Assembly (NCBI GenBank): GCA_028534125.1
Contig: CM052817.1
Coordinates: 93,126,001 to 93,190,000, forward strand
Reading direction: 5' to 3'
DNA: 64,000 bases
Source: Lama glama
Taxonomy: Eukaryota
Both the position numbers and the translations under genes were made by a program. The notes beneath the pieces were generated by a model. The model searched no databases, was not told the origin of the DNA, and saw only the letters and a list, made by a program, of their open reading frames with translations. Shown one piece after another: positions 51,401 through 64,000 of this stretch (within the stretch, counting starts at the first letter, position 1; each line of letters starts with the position of its first letter).

Positions 51401-52190
51401 TGATGTCCTTAAGTATGTGGGCCTGCTGTTATGGTCAGGTTTGGAGCAAGGCAACTGAGCTTTGAGGATGGGGCTGGGGGTGGGGTACCACTGGCTGTGA
51501 ACAGTTGGATAGGACTGCTAACTTGGTATCCTACCCAAAAGAGGCTATCGGGTAGGCTCTGCAGGTGCCTGGATTCTCTGGTCAGGCTTAGTAGAAGGTC
51601 AGGAATGGGTGCTATTTTTAGTAGTAGGTGGGGCTATGAATTAGCTTCCCTGCCCTGGTAGAGCAGCAGGACAGGACCCAGGGCCTTACAACTCATTGTC
51701 TGGGGACTTGAATCAGGCCAAAGCATGTACTAAATGCCTTGATCAGGTGAAGCCATGAGTTTTGCTCTGCAAATGGGGGAAACCATGGGCTGTGCACTCT
51801 GTTCAAGTGCCACCATACATGGAGCTGTTGGATGGGTGATGTAGCTTCCAGTGTGCTCTAGTAGGTTCCCCGGTAGGCTAAGCTGAAGGTTGTACTCAGC
51901 AGTGAGTGGAGCCATGGGAGAAGCAGCTGTAAAGCTGGTAAAGCTCTTTATTTGTTGTCTTAAGCCAACTCACACCCCAAGTTTCCTGACAAAGCAAGGC
52001 CACTGGATTTGTTCTGTGAAGTCAGCTCTGCCCACCTGCCTCTCGGCTTAGGTGCCCCAGGCTGCTCAGCTTCTAGGATTGTCTCCAGCCCTTCTGGTCA
52101 GGTGGGGTCAGAAGACACTCTCCACAGTAGGTAGAGCTGTATCTCAGCCCCCTTGCCTGGGTGAGGGTGGGGAGGTGCCCTAGGCTACTC
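48410..52190 (-). mobile_element. Antisense L1 (L1MA-like) with internal deletion
   Basis: ORF2 remnants [17 protein letters not shown] and [22 protein letters not shown]; poly(T) near 48415; GC-richer 5'UTR-like block at 51.3-52.2 kb. Confidence 0.88.
49456..49778 (-). mobile_element. Younger L1 3' fragment nested in the older L1
   Basis: ttttttaattgaagtatagttgattt... with 12-bp TSD attaattggatt/attaatttgatt. Confidence 0.8.
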
Positions 52191-53749
52191 TTAATGAAGT
52201 TAATTTTTTAAATTTTTTCCTAGCTTTTCTGTTGATGGAGAATAGAAAAATAATGCACCATTTTTAACTGTAAATTTCCAGTCTACTCCTTTGACAAAGG
52301 TTAGCCTCCCTGCCACATTGGTTGGGATGAGGAAAGGAAAACCATAGTGGTGGTCACATTATCAATAACATTTTATAGTGACCAGTAATCCATTCTGGTA
52401 ATATAAGCACATAGTGGGTTTAAAATTGGTTATTTTCCAGTGCTCAAAATTAAGATTCCTCTCACATTAGTTACTTAATATGGATCACTTCAGTTGATCT
52501 TAAGAAACTCAAGACAGGGGCGTGCAACTTCTTAAAACACTCTCAGCTGACTTAAGAAACAAAGTAATCATGTAAAACAATTTAATTTTATTTTTCAAGC
52601 TTTTATTTTTAACAAAATTAGTCTTTCATTTGCATTTCAAAATGTTCCCTTCTTGAACTCTTCTCCTTAATCAGCCCAATATTATTTACCTAGACTAGGA
52701 TGCTGTGTTTATGTATCACCTGCCCTAAATGTTGAAAGTACTTGCCTTACATTACATATAGCAGAGAAAGCACAAATTCATAGACTTAGAACCTCAAATA
52801 GTAAAGTCAAGCTTAATAAAAATCAGGTTTACAGCCCAAAGTCATATTGATGATTTCTCTTCTTACCTTTTCTTAATTTCAGATAAAGAGAAAGGTATAT
52901 GAGAGCGTATTATTTCTGCACTTTCCCTGGCACTAAGCCAAAAGGACTAGAAGGCAGAGGACGTGGAAATACGAACAGAACCAATACATAATTTGTGTGC
53001 CCAGAGATTTTTAAAACCCAATCTCAAGTCTAGTTTTATAGATGCTCATTCTTTATCTGAGCGAATCAGTGTGTTTATTTTGTTTTGCTGCTGTTGCTGT
53101 TGTCATGAGAGGGGCGTATATGTTCTGGTGTGTTACTGTTTCTGCCCGTCAAAGTCAATGGCTCATAAGCTCAACCTGACATATAATGCAAAAAGCAAGT
53201 AATGTGATTGATCCCCCTCCTCCTTACACACAGAGAAACACGGAGAATGCATTTCAGTTCCTCTGTGTTCTATCAGGCTCAGTCTAAGCTCTCTGCAGTC
53301 ATATGTGAGTCAAGATTAACATATGCATGTCGTGGATAAATATTTTGCCCAAGAGAAATCCCATTTCCATAGAGATTTGGTTCAGTGCTTCTGAATGTGT
53401 CTGATGACTAAACTTCATCTTCACTAAGGAATGTATTATGCAAGGTAAACTTTAGCTTTATTGAAAAGTCCCCTAATTGTATAATCGATCTGATGCAACA
53501 TAGAAGAAAAATTAATGAATCATTAATAAAGAGTCATTATTTTGGCCTCTATTTTATTTCTTTAATCCTGGATTTCAGAATGAATTAACTATTAGAGAAA
53601 TTGAAGAGGAAATTGTTATGCAGAAGCAGAATTGAAAATTGGACATTTAGTTCTTACAGATTGTGTCAATGCACCCAGAATGTTATCATCAGAGAATCCA
53701 GTGTTACCCTCCAGGTGGTTCATCTTTATCATCATTTTCATTAAGGAGT

Positions 53750-54200
53750 TCACTCTGTCAGTCATATCGTAACCCCACTTCTTGAAAACCTACTGTGTGT
53801 GAACATTATGCGAGGTGCTGCAGTCACAGCTGTGTTGAAGCAGCCATCATCCCAGCGTTCGTGGCGGTCACGTTCCAGCAGGAAAGTCACATTATCAAAT
53901 TAATCACTTGAGTGTTTATTCGGGTAGTTTCCACTCTAGGAAGGGTGCTAGGTGAGTGGATACAGAGAAGAGCAGATGCATTCAGGATGTCAGAGAGCGT
54001 CTTTGAGACAGTGAGATCTGAGCTCTGCTATGAATCGTAAGGACGCAATCAGAGAAACAGCCTGCCAAACCTTTAGTCAGGGAGGACGATGGCATGTTCA
54101 AAGAGCGAAAGGAAGGCCAGAGTAGCTATAGGGTCAGAGAAAGCACTGAAACAAGCTGGTAAAAATAAGTATCAACTAGTCTCATAGGCTCTCATAAGGA
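53750..54200 (-). mobile_element. L2 fragment
   Basis: ttgaaaacctactgtgtgtg...aggtgctg...gcatgttcaaagagcgaaaggaaggccag. Confidence 0.55.
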
Positions 54201-56380
54201 TTTTTCTTTATACTCCAAAAAGCGGGACTCTTATTCTGACGTGTAAAAAATACAGGATTTTATTTTTTATAGAATTCTGCTGTTGAGAGAAGAGTTGGAG
54301 TCAAAATCGCCTTACCACTAAATCCTAGGAAAATGATCATTTCTAATAATATCATCTTACATGGGCCTTTTTAGTCAAGTCACTTCATGAATTCCTTGAA
54401 ATACTTAATGTAGATCAGCTTTAGCAAGTGACTTATTTGTTCACTGTCAAAAATAGCAAACCTGTCTGTAGTCCCTCTGACTTGAGAGACCCAAGTCACG
54501 AGGATGAATATGTAAGTCTAGCACTGGGTTCTGAGGACAGTCAGAATGGATCTGTGGTCAAAATTCTAATGCTGGAAGGCTTCTTGAAAGAAGGACTTTC
54601 TAAGTCAATTTTTAATGAGAGCAAGCTGATAGAAGGGCAACCAGTCATTCTCATTAAGACAAATGGGATAGCGGAAGGCACCTGATGTAATAACAGTGCT
54701 CCCCTGACTGGCGACAGGGCACAGTCAAAACCGGAAGCGGAAAGAGGCAAGCTAGGCGGATGGTGTGGAGAGAGAGAAAGCTTCGAAAGCACAATTACAC
54801 CACACAGCGTCAAGGACTCGTGGGTTAGGCTGTACAACAGCTTAGAAGAGACAAGAGCTGACGTTCTTAAGGAGATGATAAGAAAAAAGCAACATCTCTG
54901 AATACATGACAGCTGAAAGCCTAGAGGTGAGACTAGAATGTCAATGCAGTGATGGTTCCACATGACAAGTACCAGCTTTTCAAGGGCTTTAAAAATCATG
55001 ATCATCAGCCAGGCTCAGTTTCCAGTTGATTTAATAAAGGCAAAGCCCCAAGTATGTCCAAGGGTTCTGCTCTCTAAGGACACACCAGGCTGATGGAAAT
55101 AAAAAAGATCCTCTTACACTTTTGTGGTTCTTTGAAGTTCACAAAGCACTTTTATCTATATTATTTGATAAGAGTTTCTGTCCCTCATGGGTATAGATGA
55201 AGAGAGGCAGAACCTGTGAAACATTTTGCTTATGTTTAAATCACCTGAAATTTTTGTCCACATTTAGCTGTGTACTATTTCTATGCCCTATTGTCTTTTA
55301 TATTTCCTTTCAAATAAGCATGCACATAATACTTAAGGTGGAAAATTATTTGTTGTTAAGGAAATCGAAACAGAGTTTAAGCATGTATTTTTATTCTACA
55401 TTTTGATTATTTTTTTTTTTCTTCACACAATTCTATTCTGGTGTTTTGTTTGCTTTGCCCAGATGGCAAATGTGCCATTAAGTTTATTCAGCCTGAATTA
55501 ATTATCTTTTTATAGTAAAAGAAAATCCTCTTCTTTTGACAAGAAAGATGTTTGTGCTGTATTTATGAATAAATAGAGGCAGCTGTTAGACACAGCAGTA
55601 TTAATAGCATTGCTTTAAACATCTCATCTGAAAAGAAATCCACTCTTTTCAATACAGTGGAAGCTCTTGCTGTCCCAAAGAGTGAAAACCACAGACCTGT
55701 TATCCACATTGCAGCATAATAAGAAAAATATCATGCTGTCCATTGAAGAGGCACTCCATTCAAATTGCAGGCATAAGGCGGACTTTTAAATGGGTATTGT
55801 CTTTGCTGGTCACATGGCCCTGATTTTTCAGTGCTTCACAGCTTAAGAGTGTGGAGATCGTCAAAGCAGCTCTTCCTGGAAACAGAAAGCTACTCTCCAT
55901 GGCCGCAATGATGCTATTTCCTGCTCTTCAGTTGAATGGCTTTTTGATGGATAATACAGCCATTGTAGAAGGGGTTTTTCCTCTAGTAAGAGTGAGTAGG
56001 TTTGCAAAGCAGAGGAACCCTGTCATCTCACAGGGAGGTCTTCTGAACTCTGAGCCAGGAAAGTTAAGACAAAGCATAACACCATGTCCTCGCAATGAGA
56101 TCTTAACTCTCCAGGTTATCTCACTGGGCTTTGGACTTCCCTGTTTGAAGAATCTTAGTTTCCCAAGAGGCCATACTTTTTCTCAGCAGAGCCAACTTGT
56201 CCCTAAGGATTCATTTCATTTCTTAGTCATCTTTATCTTCAACGACAAACATAAACTGTGCTCACGGGAATGAATACTTTGCAAGCAGTGTTATAACGGG
56301 TCCAGGTACAGAAGCTACAGATGTAGGCTTCAGGTGGGTGCATTGTTTGTAGAGATCTGAAAATCAAAAATAAAACTGAC

Positions 56381-56545
56381 TGGGGAGGGAGGATATAGCT
56401 CAATTGGTAGAGTGCATGCTTAGCATGCAAGGGGTCCTGGGTTCAGTCCCCAGTACCTCCATTAAGGAAACAAATAAATAAATAGGTCAAACTACCTCTC
56501 CCCTCAAAAATATAAAAAATCAATCAGTCAATAAAATAAAATAAT
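56381..56545 (+). mobile_element. tRNA(Ala)-derived SINE, camelid vic-1-like
   Basis: A-box tagctcaattggtag, B-box ggttcagtccc, A-rich tail, perfect 14-bp TSD aaaataaaactgac (56367-56380 / 56546-56559). Confidence 0.88.
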
Positions 56546-57270
56546 AAAATAAAACTGACCAAAAATCTATCTGCCTTTATGATCATGGTGTGCCAGTGAC
56601 TCTAAACAATGCTAGTGATAGAATACGCTTTCCAGAAAAAAAAAAAAATTTTTTTTGAGAGTCTAAGTCTTAAACAATTGCTCAGATATTATTAAAATAC
56701 TTGTATTTTAATAATATACTTGTAACCTTCAAATTAGCCCATATTTATTACTAATATCCATTAATAAGCATTGTATTCTACATGGAAGTTAGTTTGGAGA
56801 CCTCAGTTATATGGTTGGCCATCAACTCTGGTGGATTCAGTTGACAATGACTTCTAAAAGGGTTCAGCCTGGTTCACACAGTTGGTGTATTCTTTTAATA
56901 GATTGAAATAAATAATGATAACACACTAATTGCAAAGATTAAGAAACTGAATCTTACTTCAATTTTGATTTGTGTTTAACATTTAAAGCTGAAAAAGAGA
57001 GCAAACCGTGAGGTGTCATAGTTTAGCAAATTCAAATTTTATTTCATTCAGGAAATAGCTTCCTGAACATGACTAACTTTGACATTTCCTCTTTTTGAGT
57101 TGTTAATTATTTGATTTTAAAATAATGGAAAGAATGAAGAAAATAATATGTCCCATCTGTGGTCTGATTTAGTAGTTGTCTAAATTGTATCTTTTGCAGA
57201 TAGTTCTATTCTATTAAAATTTAACTATTAGTTGTTAGTCAATTATTTATGTGAAAGTAAATGTAGACGA

Positions 57271-57646
57271 TGTCATTTAAAATAGACTCGGGAAGCCCTG
57301 AAGAGGGGGCTCTCCTGCACGAACATTCACACCCCAAAACAGGAAGAAGCTTACTTTACACACCTCAGCAGGAGAAAGGAAGAAATTCTCTTTGCCTAGC
57401 AACAGCCCCACCAATGAGAAACTGCCACACTCAGCCAATGAGATGATGCAATCACCTGAACTCTTAGAAATAGCCTCTTCCAACTCCTTTCTTCCCCCTA
57501 AAAAAGCAAACCCCTTTCCTCTGCTGCTCAGATTTGCCTCTGGTTCCCCACACTTTGCTTGCCCTGAATTGCAATTCCTCTGCTATTCCCAAACACACTC
57601 ATTTTGCTGGTAAAATAACTGGCCCTTTTGTTTTTTAAGGTCAACA
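57271..57646 (+). mobile_element. Solo ERV LTR (MER74-like), about 376 bp
   Basis: TG...CA ends (tgtcatttaaaatagac...aaggtcaaca), two CCAAT boxes, pyrimidine-rich R region. Confidence 0.6.
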
Positions 57647-58789
57647 CTTACATTTACATAAAATTAAATGTTACTTGGTGAGATGGTTACCAAAGAATCA
57701 AATTCTAAACTGTTATGTAAATTTAAATCAATTAAATCATCTTGGTTTTATTTTCCAGAAACTGGCGGTACTTATAATTATTTATAGTGTATTTGTGAAA
57801 GTAGCAACTGGTTCATAATTATTCCACATTTTGTAAAGAAACTGATGTGAGGAATCCATACCAACATGAAATTACAGTGACAGTGAATCCTCTTCTAGGG
57901 TCACTGACAGTGAGGAAGAAAGAGGAAGTGTTAGCAAAATGCAAAACAAACAACAATTTTTTTTTAATGGAGAAGAGAAATGCACTTACTAGTAAAGGCC
58001 ACAGAAGACTAGACCAAGGCACTAGTAAAGACTTGAGCAAAACCAAAGCTTTATTAGAGAAGCAAGGATGGATGATAATCTACTTTTATATCACTGCTTG
58101 TCCAGAGCAGGTTCCAGATGACTTGAGACTTACTCTGGTTAGGAAGGAAGTGGATCTCTTCCAAATAAAAATAAACTTTTCTCTGAAGTCCAAGGAAAAG
58201 GCAAAAAGGGCAAAAGAGGGAGTCAACCTTTGATGACTTTATGGTTTTAGAAATATTTACAAAATGGTGGAAAAGAGTTGAGGACTTGGACAGTTTACTC
58301 AGAATAAAATAATTATTTATCTTCTTTTTGCTGCAGGCTTATAGTTAATAAGACAAAAGTGGTAAGGTCCAACTTTATAATTAGCTAGTAATAAGGTTAT
58401 TGAAATTAAGTTTTTGCAAACATAATTGAAATTGTGTCCAAAAGTCTCTAAAAATGAAGTATCTGAACATCACTGTAGAAAAATGTTTACCAATATGGAA
58501 GGTCTTGACATCAGGACTAAAGCTCCAAACAACTATTGATAAAGTCCATTGAGAAGAAATCAGTAAAAAGAGAAATAAATGGAGAAAAATATCTAGGAAA
58601 ATCCATGGTGTCCACATTAAGTGAGTTAAAGAAAATGTTCTGCCAACTTCTAAGAATGTGTCTGTATATGGTTCAATTTATATAATTACAGTGTTGCTAG
58701 TTGAAAGAGTAGACTTTTTTCTTTTGTCATGGTTTTTCACTTTCCAAGGTCTTTATACTGCTTTGATTTCTCTGTTACCTTAATTGCCT

Positions 58790-59400
58790 CTCAAAGGCAT
58801 TTTCAAACTTGGAGTTTACAGATAACTGGGTTGTCCATGAGTGGGCTCCCAGGAATCTCTAACCCTGGAAATAAATGTGTGTATCTGTCTGCATACATTG
58901 TTTTTCAGGAGTGGGTCCATAGTTTTGATCAGATTCGTAGAGTGTTCCATGAATCAGAAAGTTTAAGATCTCCTCCCTAGGAATCCCTTGTTGTCCCTAT
59001 TAAGTTGGTCAGGCATTGTTGTATCTTGTAAAACTTGCATTTGTAATTGAATGCGCATTTCAAGATCTTGTTAAAATGCAGATTCTGACTCATTAGCTTC
59101 CAGAAGATGTGATGCTGTTGGCTCATGGATCACACTTTGAGAAACAAGAGTTTGCCATCAGAGAGAACTTTTGCCTCTGAAATGTTCCGGGGGGCCACCA
59201 CCATTGCTGAATGGACACCACCCAGAGAGACGTGGAACCAGCTCTGGCCTCAGTCATCTGAGTTTAGGCAAGTGGCCTGATCACTCTGAGCCTATGCTCT
59301 TGTCTCTAAAAAGGCAATAATGATGTTATTCAACTACCAGGATGGTAGTGAGTTGAATTAGATGCTGACTGCACTTCTTGGTACAGAGGAGATACAACTA
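58790..59400. mobile_element. hAT-Charlie (MER5-like) and MIR fragments
   Basis: ttgttaaaatgcagattctg...ggatcacactttgagaaac (MER5A-like); ttaggcaagtggcctgatcactctgagcct (MIR). Confidence 0.55.
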
Positions 59401-60245
59401 ACTTTCTTCCCCTTCCCGCTTCCCCTGAGCAGTCTGTAGTTTCCTTTTACTCTAGGGAGATGATGACTTAGGAGTTACCATCAACAAACCTGAGGACAGC
59501 CTCAGGTGGAAAATAAGTGCAGTATTACATATGCCCAGAATTTCCTTGAAAGAGTTCTAGTTAGTACCGCCTGGTCTCAAGCAGAATTAGAATTCCAGTT
59601 TTTTCTACCCATCAAATCTCACCAGTAAACTGCCAAGACAAATTGTCTATTTGTTGTGGTTTTAGCTTGGCAGGCTGCCCTGGGGAATGCTGCCTTTAAG
59701 CCAATTTGATCACTCCTCTCTCTCACCCCTATTTCAACTTCAGTACTTCTTTGCTCCAGGTGTGTCAGTTGTCACCTATGATAGCGAATACCACGATATT
59801 CTCAGTTTCTCATCCTCTCTCCCAACTCATTTTCAAGCTATTCTATCTCCTAGATTTCACCAATCTCACTGCTGCTGAATACAATCACTTACATTATTTA
59901 ATTATGATTTAATGTATGACCTTGATTACTCAACTTCTTATTTTTCGTCCTTCTCAGATTGTCAAGAATCAAAAGTGTCTAGGTTGCGCTGCATCCCAAC
60001 TCTCAAAAGCCAGGTGAAGCTGAGGACCTAAATGCTTTGGAACAGGTCAAGGTTACTCTTCTCTGTCATTTAGTTCATTACCCTTGCTAATAAATGATTT
60101 CACACTCTCACCATTAAGCTACAAAGGCAGGAAATTTGGTCACTACCTTTTTTTTATTAGCAAAGTATCAAGGTCATGATTAACATGAAACATTAATTTG
60201 ACCTGCTATCAAATTCTCATGATTGATAAAGTCTCTGAGCTGATA

Positions 60246-60745
60246 NNNNNNNNNNNNNNNNNNNNNNNNNNNNNNNNNNNNNNNNNNNNNNNNNNNNNNN
60301 NNNNNNNNNNNNNNNNNNNNNNNNNNNNNNNNNNNNNNNNNNNNNNNNNNNNNNNNNNNNNNNNNNNNNNNNNNNNNNNNNNNNNNNNNNNNNNNNNNNN
60401 NNNNNNNNNNNNNNNNNNNNNNNNNNNNNNNNNNNNNNNNNNNNNNNNNNNNNNNNNNNNNNNNNNNNNNNNNNNNNNNNNNNNNNNNNNNNNNNNNNNN
60501 NNNNNNNNNNNNNNNNNNNNNNNNNNNNNNNNNNNNNNNNNNNNNNNNNNNNNNNNNNNNNNNNNNNNNNNNNNNNNNNNNNNNNNNNNNNNNNNNNNNN
60601 NNNNNNNNNNNNNNNNNNNNNNNNNNNNNNNNNNNNNNNNNNNNNNNNNNNNNNNNNNNNNNNNNNNNNNNNNNNNNNNNNNNNNNNNNNNNNNNNNNNN
60701 NNNNNNNNNNNNNNNNNNNNNNNNNNNNNNNNNNNNNNNNNNNNN
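60246..60745. other. Assembly gap (500 N), followed by a short antisense L1 3' fragment
   Basis: Run of N; the right flank ggaccttgttgtttatctgttttctatatagtagtgtg resembles 49615-49670. Confidence 0.95.
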
Positions 60746-63700
60746 GGACCTTGTTGTTTATCTGTTTTCTATATAGTAGTGTGTATCTGCTAATCCCAAA
60801 CTTCTAAAGGACTTTTTGCTATTGCCACTTTGCCCTCATCACTTCCTCTCTGGGTATTCTCTCTCTGCCCCATAACTGTCTCAATCTTCCTCACTCTTAC
60901 AAAAGACTGGAAGAAGGCAAAAGTCCTTTTCAGTGCATACATCTATTCTAGGCTCATACTGGAGTAAGTTTTTTTCTGATCTTTTGATCTTAAAAGTGCT
61001 GCACAGATTTTCTCTGTTAGAACAAGTACAAAATTATTTTTCACTTTCTCCCCACCGTCATTTTCCCCAAGGACTAATAATTTGACCTTTTCTGTACAGC
61101 TGTGTCCTCAAATACCTTAAGAACAAAATTGTTACTCTGGAAGATTGTGCTTTAATGTCCTAACAATTACACACAGGAAAGTTAATCAAACCGAAATGAT
61201 GATCGGTGTTTGAAAAAGAAAGTAGGGTCCACAGAGAAACTGGTCCTAAACAATCTGCCAGGAAATTCTGGCGACTCCTCCAGCACAGAGGCTGCTATGT
61301 TCTGGGAGGAATTATCAAGAGTGCAAGACCTCTGACTTTTCTGGTAGTTTTAAGAGCGGCTGAGATTTTTTCGTGTCCTGGCCACTTCAGACATTTCTCA
61401 GAGGTTTCAGCGACTTTTTGAGGTCACTTTGTGATTCTATAAAGTACTGAGCTCAGTCCGACATTTCTTACATCAATAAAATAGTCTCCCCACCGTCACA
61501 GGACCCGTCACACCTGCCTGGTTGTCACATGTGTGTAACTCCCTGCTCTCGAGCCACTTGATTGTACAACCACTGAAAGACCGGGCCACATATATTTCAC
61601 GCTGCAGGGTCATCATAGAAACCCTGGACTCAGAGCACAAATCCTGGTTGCCAATGCCAGCTCTTCCAGAGGTATTTCTGAGAAAGTATATACAAAAAAC
61701 AAGGCAGATGGGAGCTTGGGGTTTGCAACCTCCAAGCCCCAGTATGGAATTTTTGCCAGCTTTGCTGGATTTTGGCTCCATGGTCCCACTTACTTTTGGC
61801 ACTATAACCCTGAATCTCAATGCTCAGCACCAAGGCTAAGACTATCAGAAAAAAATCAAATAAAGAATGAAATAGTTCCTTAATTCTTAGATAAGGGAGC
61901 ATTAACTTGGCTACCCAGTCCAAGAATCCTTAAGGTGGCTTACTTACCAGCTCCATGAGAAGAGGAGAGTCCTTAGAGAAAATGAGTCAGAAAGATACCC
62001 CCACCCTCACCCAGCACATACATGAGGACGCATATCTTTAATCCCTTCTTAACACAGTGATCTCGAGAGTAGCTTTGAGCCTAACGCTTCTGTGTCTTGG
62101 GGTTTACAGGGTGTTTTTATGTGGCTGGAGAGAGGTGTTCAGAGTTCAACTCGCATCGTGGTCCTGGAGAAGATCTTGCTGGTTGGGGCTGATATTGCCT
62201 GGAAGTGGTAAAACAGAAAAGCAGCAGCCTTGAACCCCACTAAGGCGCCCCAAAATGGGCCCTACAGCAAAATCATGGAAAAATTATGGAGACTTAATAT
62301 AAGGAGACTAGTTCAAATTTTTTTCTTCATTTTGACATAAAGTAAAAATTTCTCAATTTGGAGTCTAAAACTTGCCATCAAATGAGCTTACCTTAATTTT
62401 CCAATCTCATCATTCTATTTCCCTAAAACTTTCTCCTCCCTTAACTTCATTAGTTGTGCTGTCATGGAATAACTAGATCCTTCCTTTCTGCAAATCCAAG
62501 TACTGTGTACTCTGTTGGCTCAAGGTAAGCCACATTTCCTCCAAGAATCTTTTACCATGGCACCCTAGAATATCCAAATCTGCCTCACTCTTCATTAGTT
62601 CTCAGTAAAAATGTGTGCATCATGCCACATTATCATATTATCTTGGGCGTGTAATCAAGTTATTTCAAGCAAGTATGATTTGATTCCCAAAATAGGCATC
62701 AAGTGTGCTGCAAGTTTCTCTCAGGAGAAGTCCTTTCCATTTTTGTATCCCCAGGGCACTAGTAAATAATGCATTCATTCCACTTGCAAATGTGCGTGAC
62801 TAGTTGGATAGATGGACGAATACTCAGATCTCCAGTGAAGTTCATTTGAAGGTGAGAGTGAGTAACGCAGGGTCAAAAAAGGGAAAGGAAAAACCAGATA
62901 ACATTTACTTTAGAAGAGAGATATATAAGTGAGATCCATGGTCATTCCGAACAGATGGCCCAAACTAAGCTTTTTGAATCGGTTATTGAGTTGTTTGGAA
63001 GTGGCTCCCGTGTAAGCCAAATATTTATGTTTTTCCCCAATTCCTGACACAGCTGTTTCTTTCATCATAATTGACCTGTTTTTCTTTCATTCATTTTTTT
63101 ATGCTGTGTACGTTCTATATGTTTGTTATGGGAAGATTAGATAATTTGGTTCTTAATGAAGAAAAACTTAAAATCACACATAGTACTACCACTTAGAGGC
63201 GATCACTACGGACAACTATTTTTGTAAGCTTCCATTCTTGTGTATGTACACTTCTTAAATATAAAAATAAGATTATATTATCAATAATATTTTATGAATT
63301 ATTTTCACCTAATTTTTTGTGAACCTCATTTTACTGGCCATAAAGCAAGTACTAATGTAAAATAATTTCTTACTAAAATCCCTTTACAATATTTTATTGT
63401 TGGGCATCGGTAACTTTACATTCTTTCATGGTTATAAATTTTCTTTAATGAGTATCCTTGAGACAAATTTTTTGCATACATTTAATTATTCTTTCAGGGT
63501 ATATTCTTTTAAGAGAAATAAATACACTTAAAGAGGCAGTACTGCTCTGGGACCCTTCTCCTCTTGTCACCTTTCTGAATATGCTTCAGAATCCCATTTA
63601 GGGACGTGTTGGAGGAGACACATCTGACATTTCTGCACTCCATTCTCCAACCTCTTCTGGGAGAAAGGGTGGCTAATCTAATTGATCAGAGGGCTCTCTG

Positions 63701-64000
63701 CCCGTAGTTAGGATTTTTAAGTTAAAATTCAGATGTGAGTGCATTGTGCTTTCCTGCCTTATCTCACACTCCTAGCACCTTGCATTTCCGTCTGGGCTGG
63801 CATCTGGCACCTAAGTGTCTTTGAACCAGCCATACTCTTGACCCTCTTTGTTCTGACTCTGACCCAGTAGATGGGTGGATTGAACCAGAATTCTCTCTTG
63901 GTTCCGGGTTCTTGTGGCTGGTAGGTAAGTAGAGACAGGTTCAGAGTTTAGGGATTAAGAAATGAGAAGCTATACCTAAGACTCTTGGTTTAAGCCATGT

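Noticed and set aside
54541..55005. 154-aa minus-strand ORF (and the 140-aa ORF at 55851-56273)
   Set aside because: No recognisable family or supporting exon structure.
56383..56462. Apparent tRNA-Ala gene
   Set aside because: It has an A-rich tail and a TSD, so it is a SINE head rather than a tRNA gene.
1..64000. CRISPR array, operon or other novel multi-gene system
   Set aside because: No regularly spaced repeat-spacer structure is visible; this is a single spliced mammalian cytokine gene in transposon-rich DNA.

Overview
Mammalian genomic DNA, most likely a camelid (tRNA-Ala-like SINE at 56.4 kb plus artiodactyl-type L1 3' ends). The window holds most of the interleukin-15 gene (IL15) on the + strand. 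It has a non-coding exon at 289-409, a ~33 kb intron, and six coding exons (33842-33853, 34864-34961, 36279-36363, 41538-41582, 43529-43666, 46334-46444). These total 489 nt and encode an intact 162-aa long-signal-peptide precursor: [162 protein letters not shown]. Exon 1 and the promoter lie upstream of the window. The rest is intron or 3' flank rich in L1, L2, MIR, MaLR/ERV LTR and hAT relics, with three assembly gaps. I find no new biological system. The most notable observations are a disabled homologue of the human short-signal-peptide exon 4A, an apparently shifted acceptor for the ATG exon that rearranges the uORFs, an L1 insertion with a probable 3' transduction, a class II solo LTR, and IRF motif clusters. 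Human comparisons and repeat family names are from memory, and most repeat boundaries are approximate.
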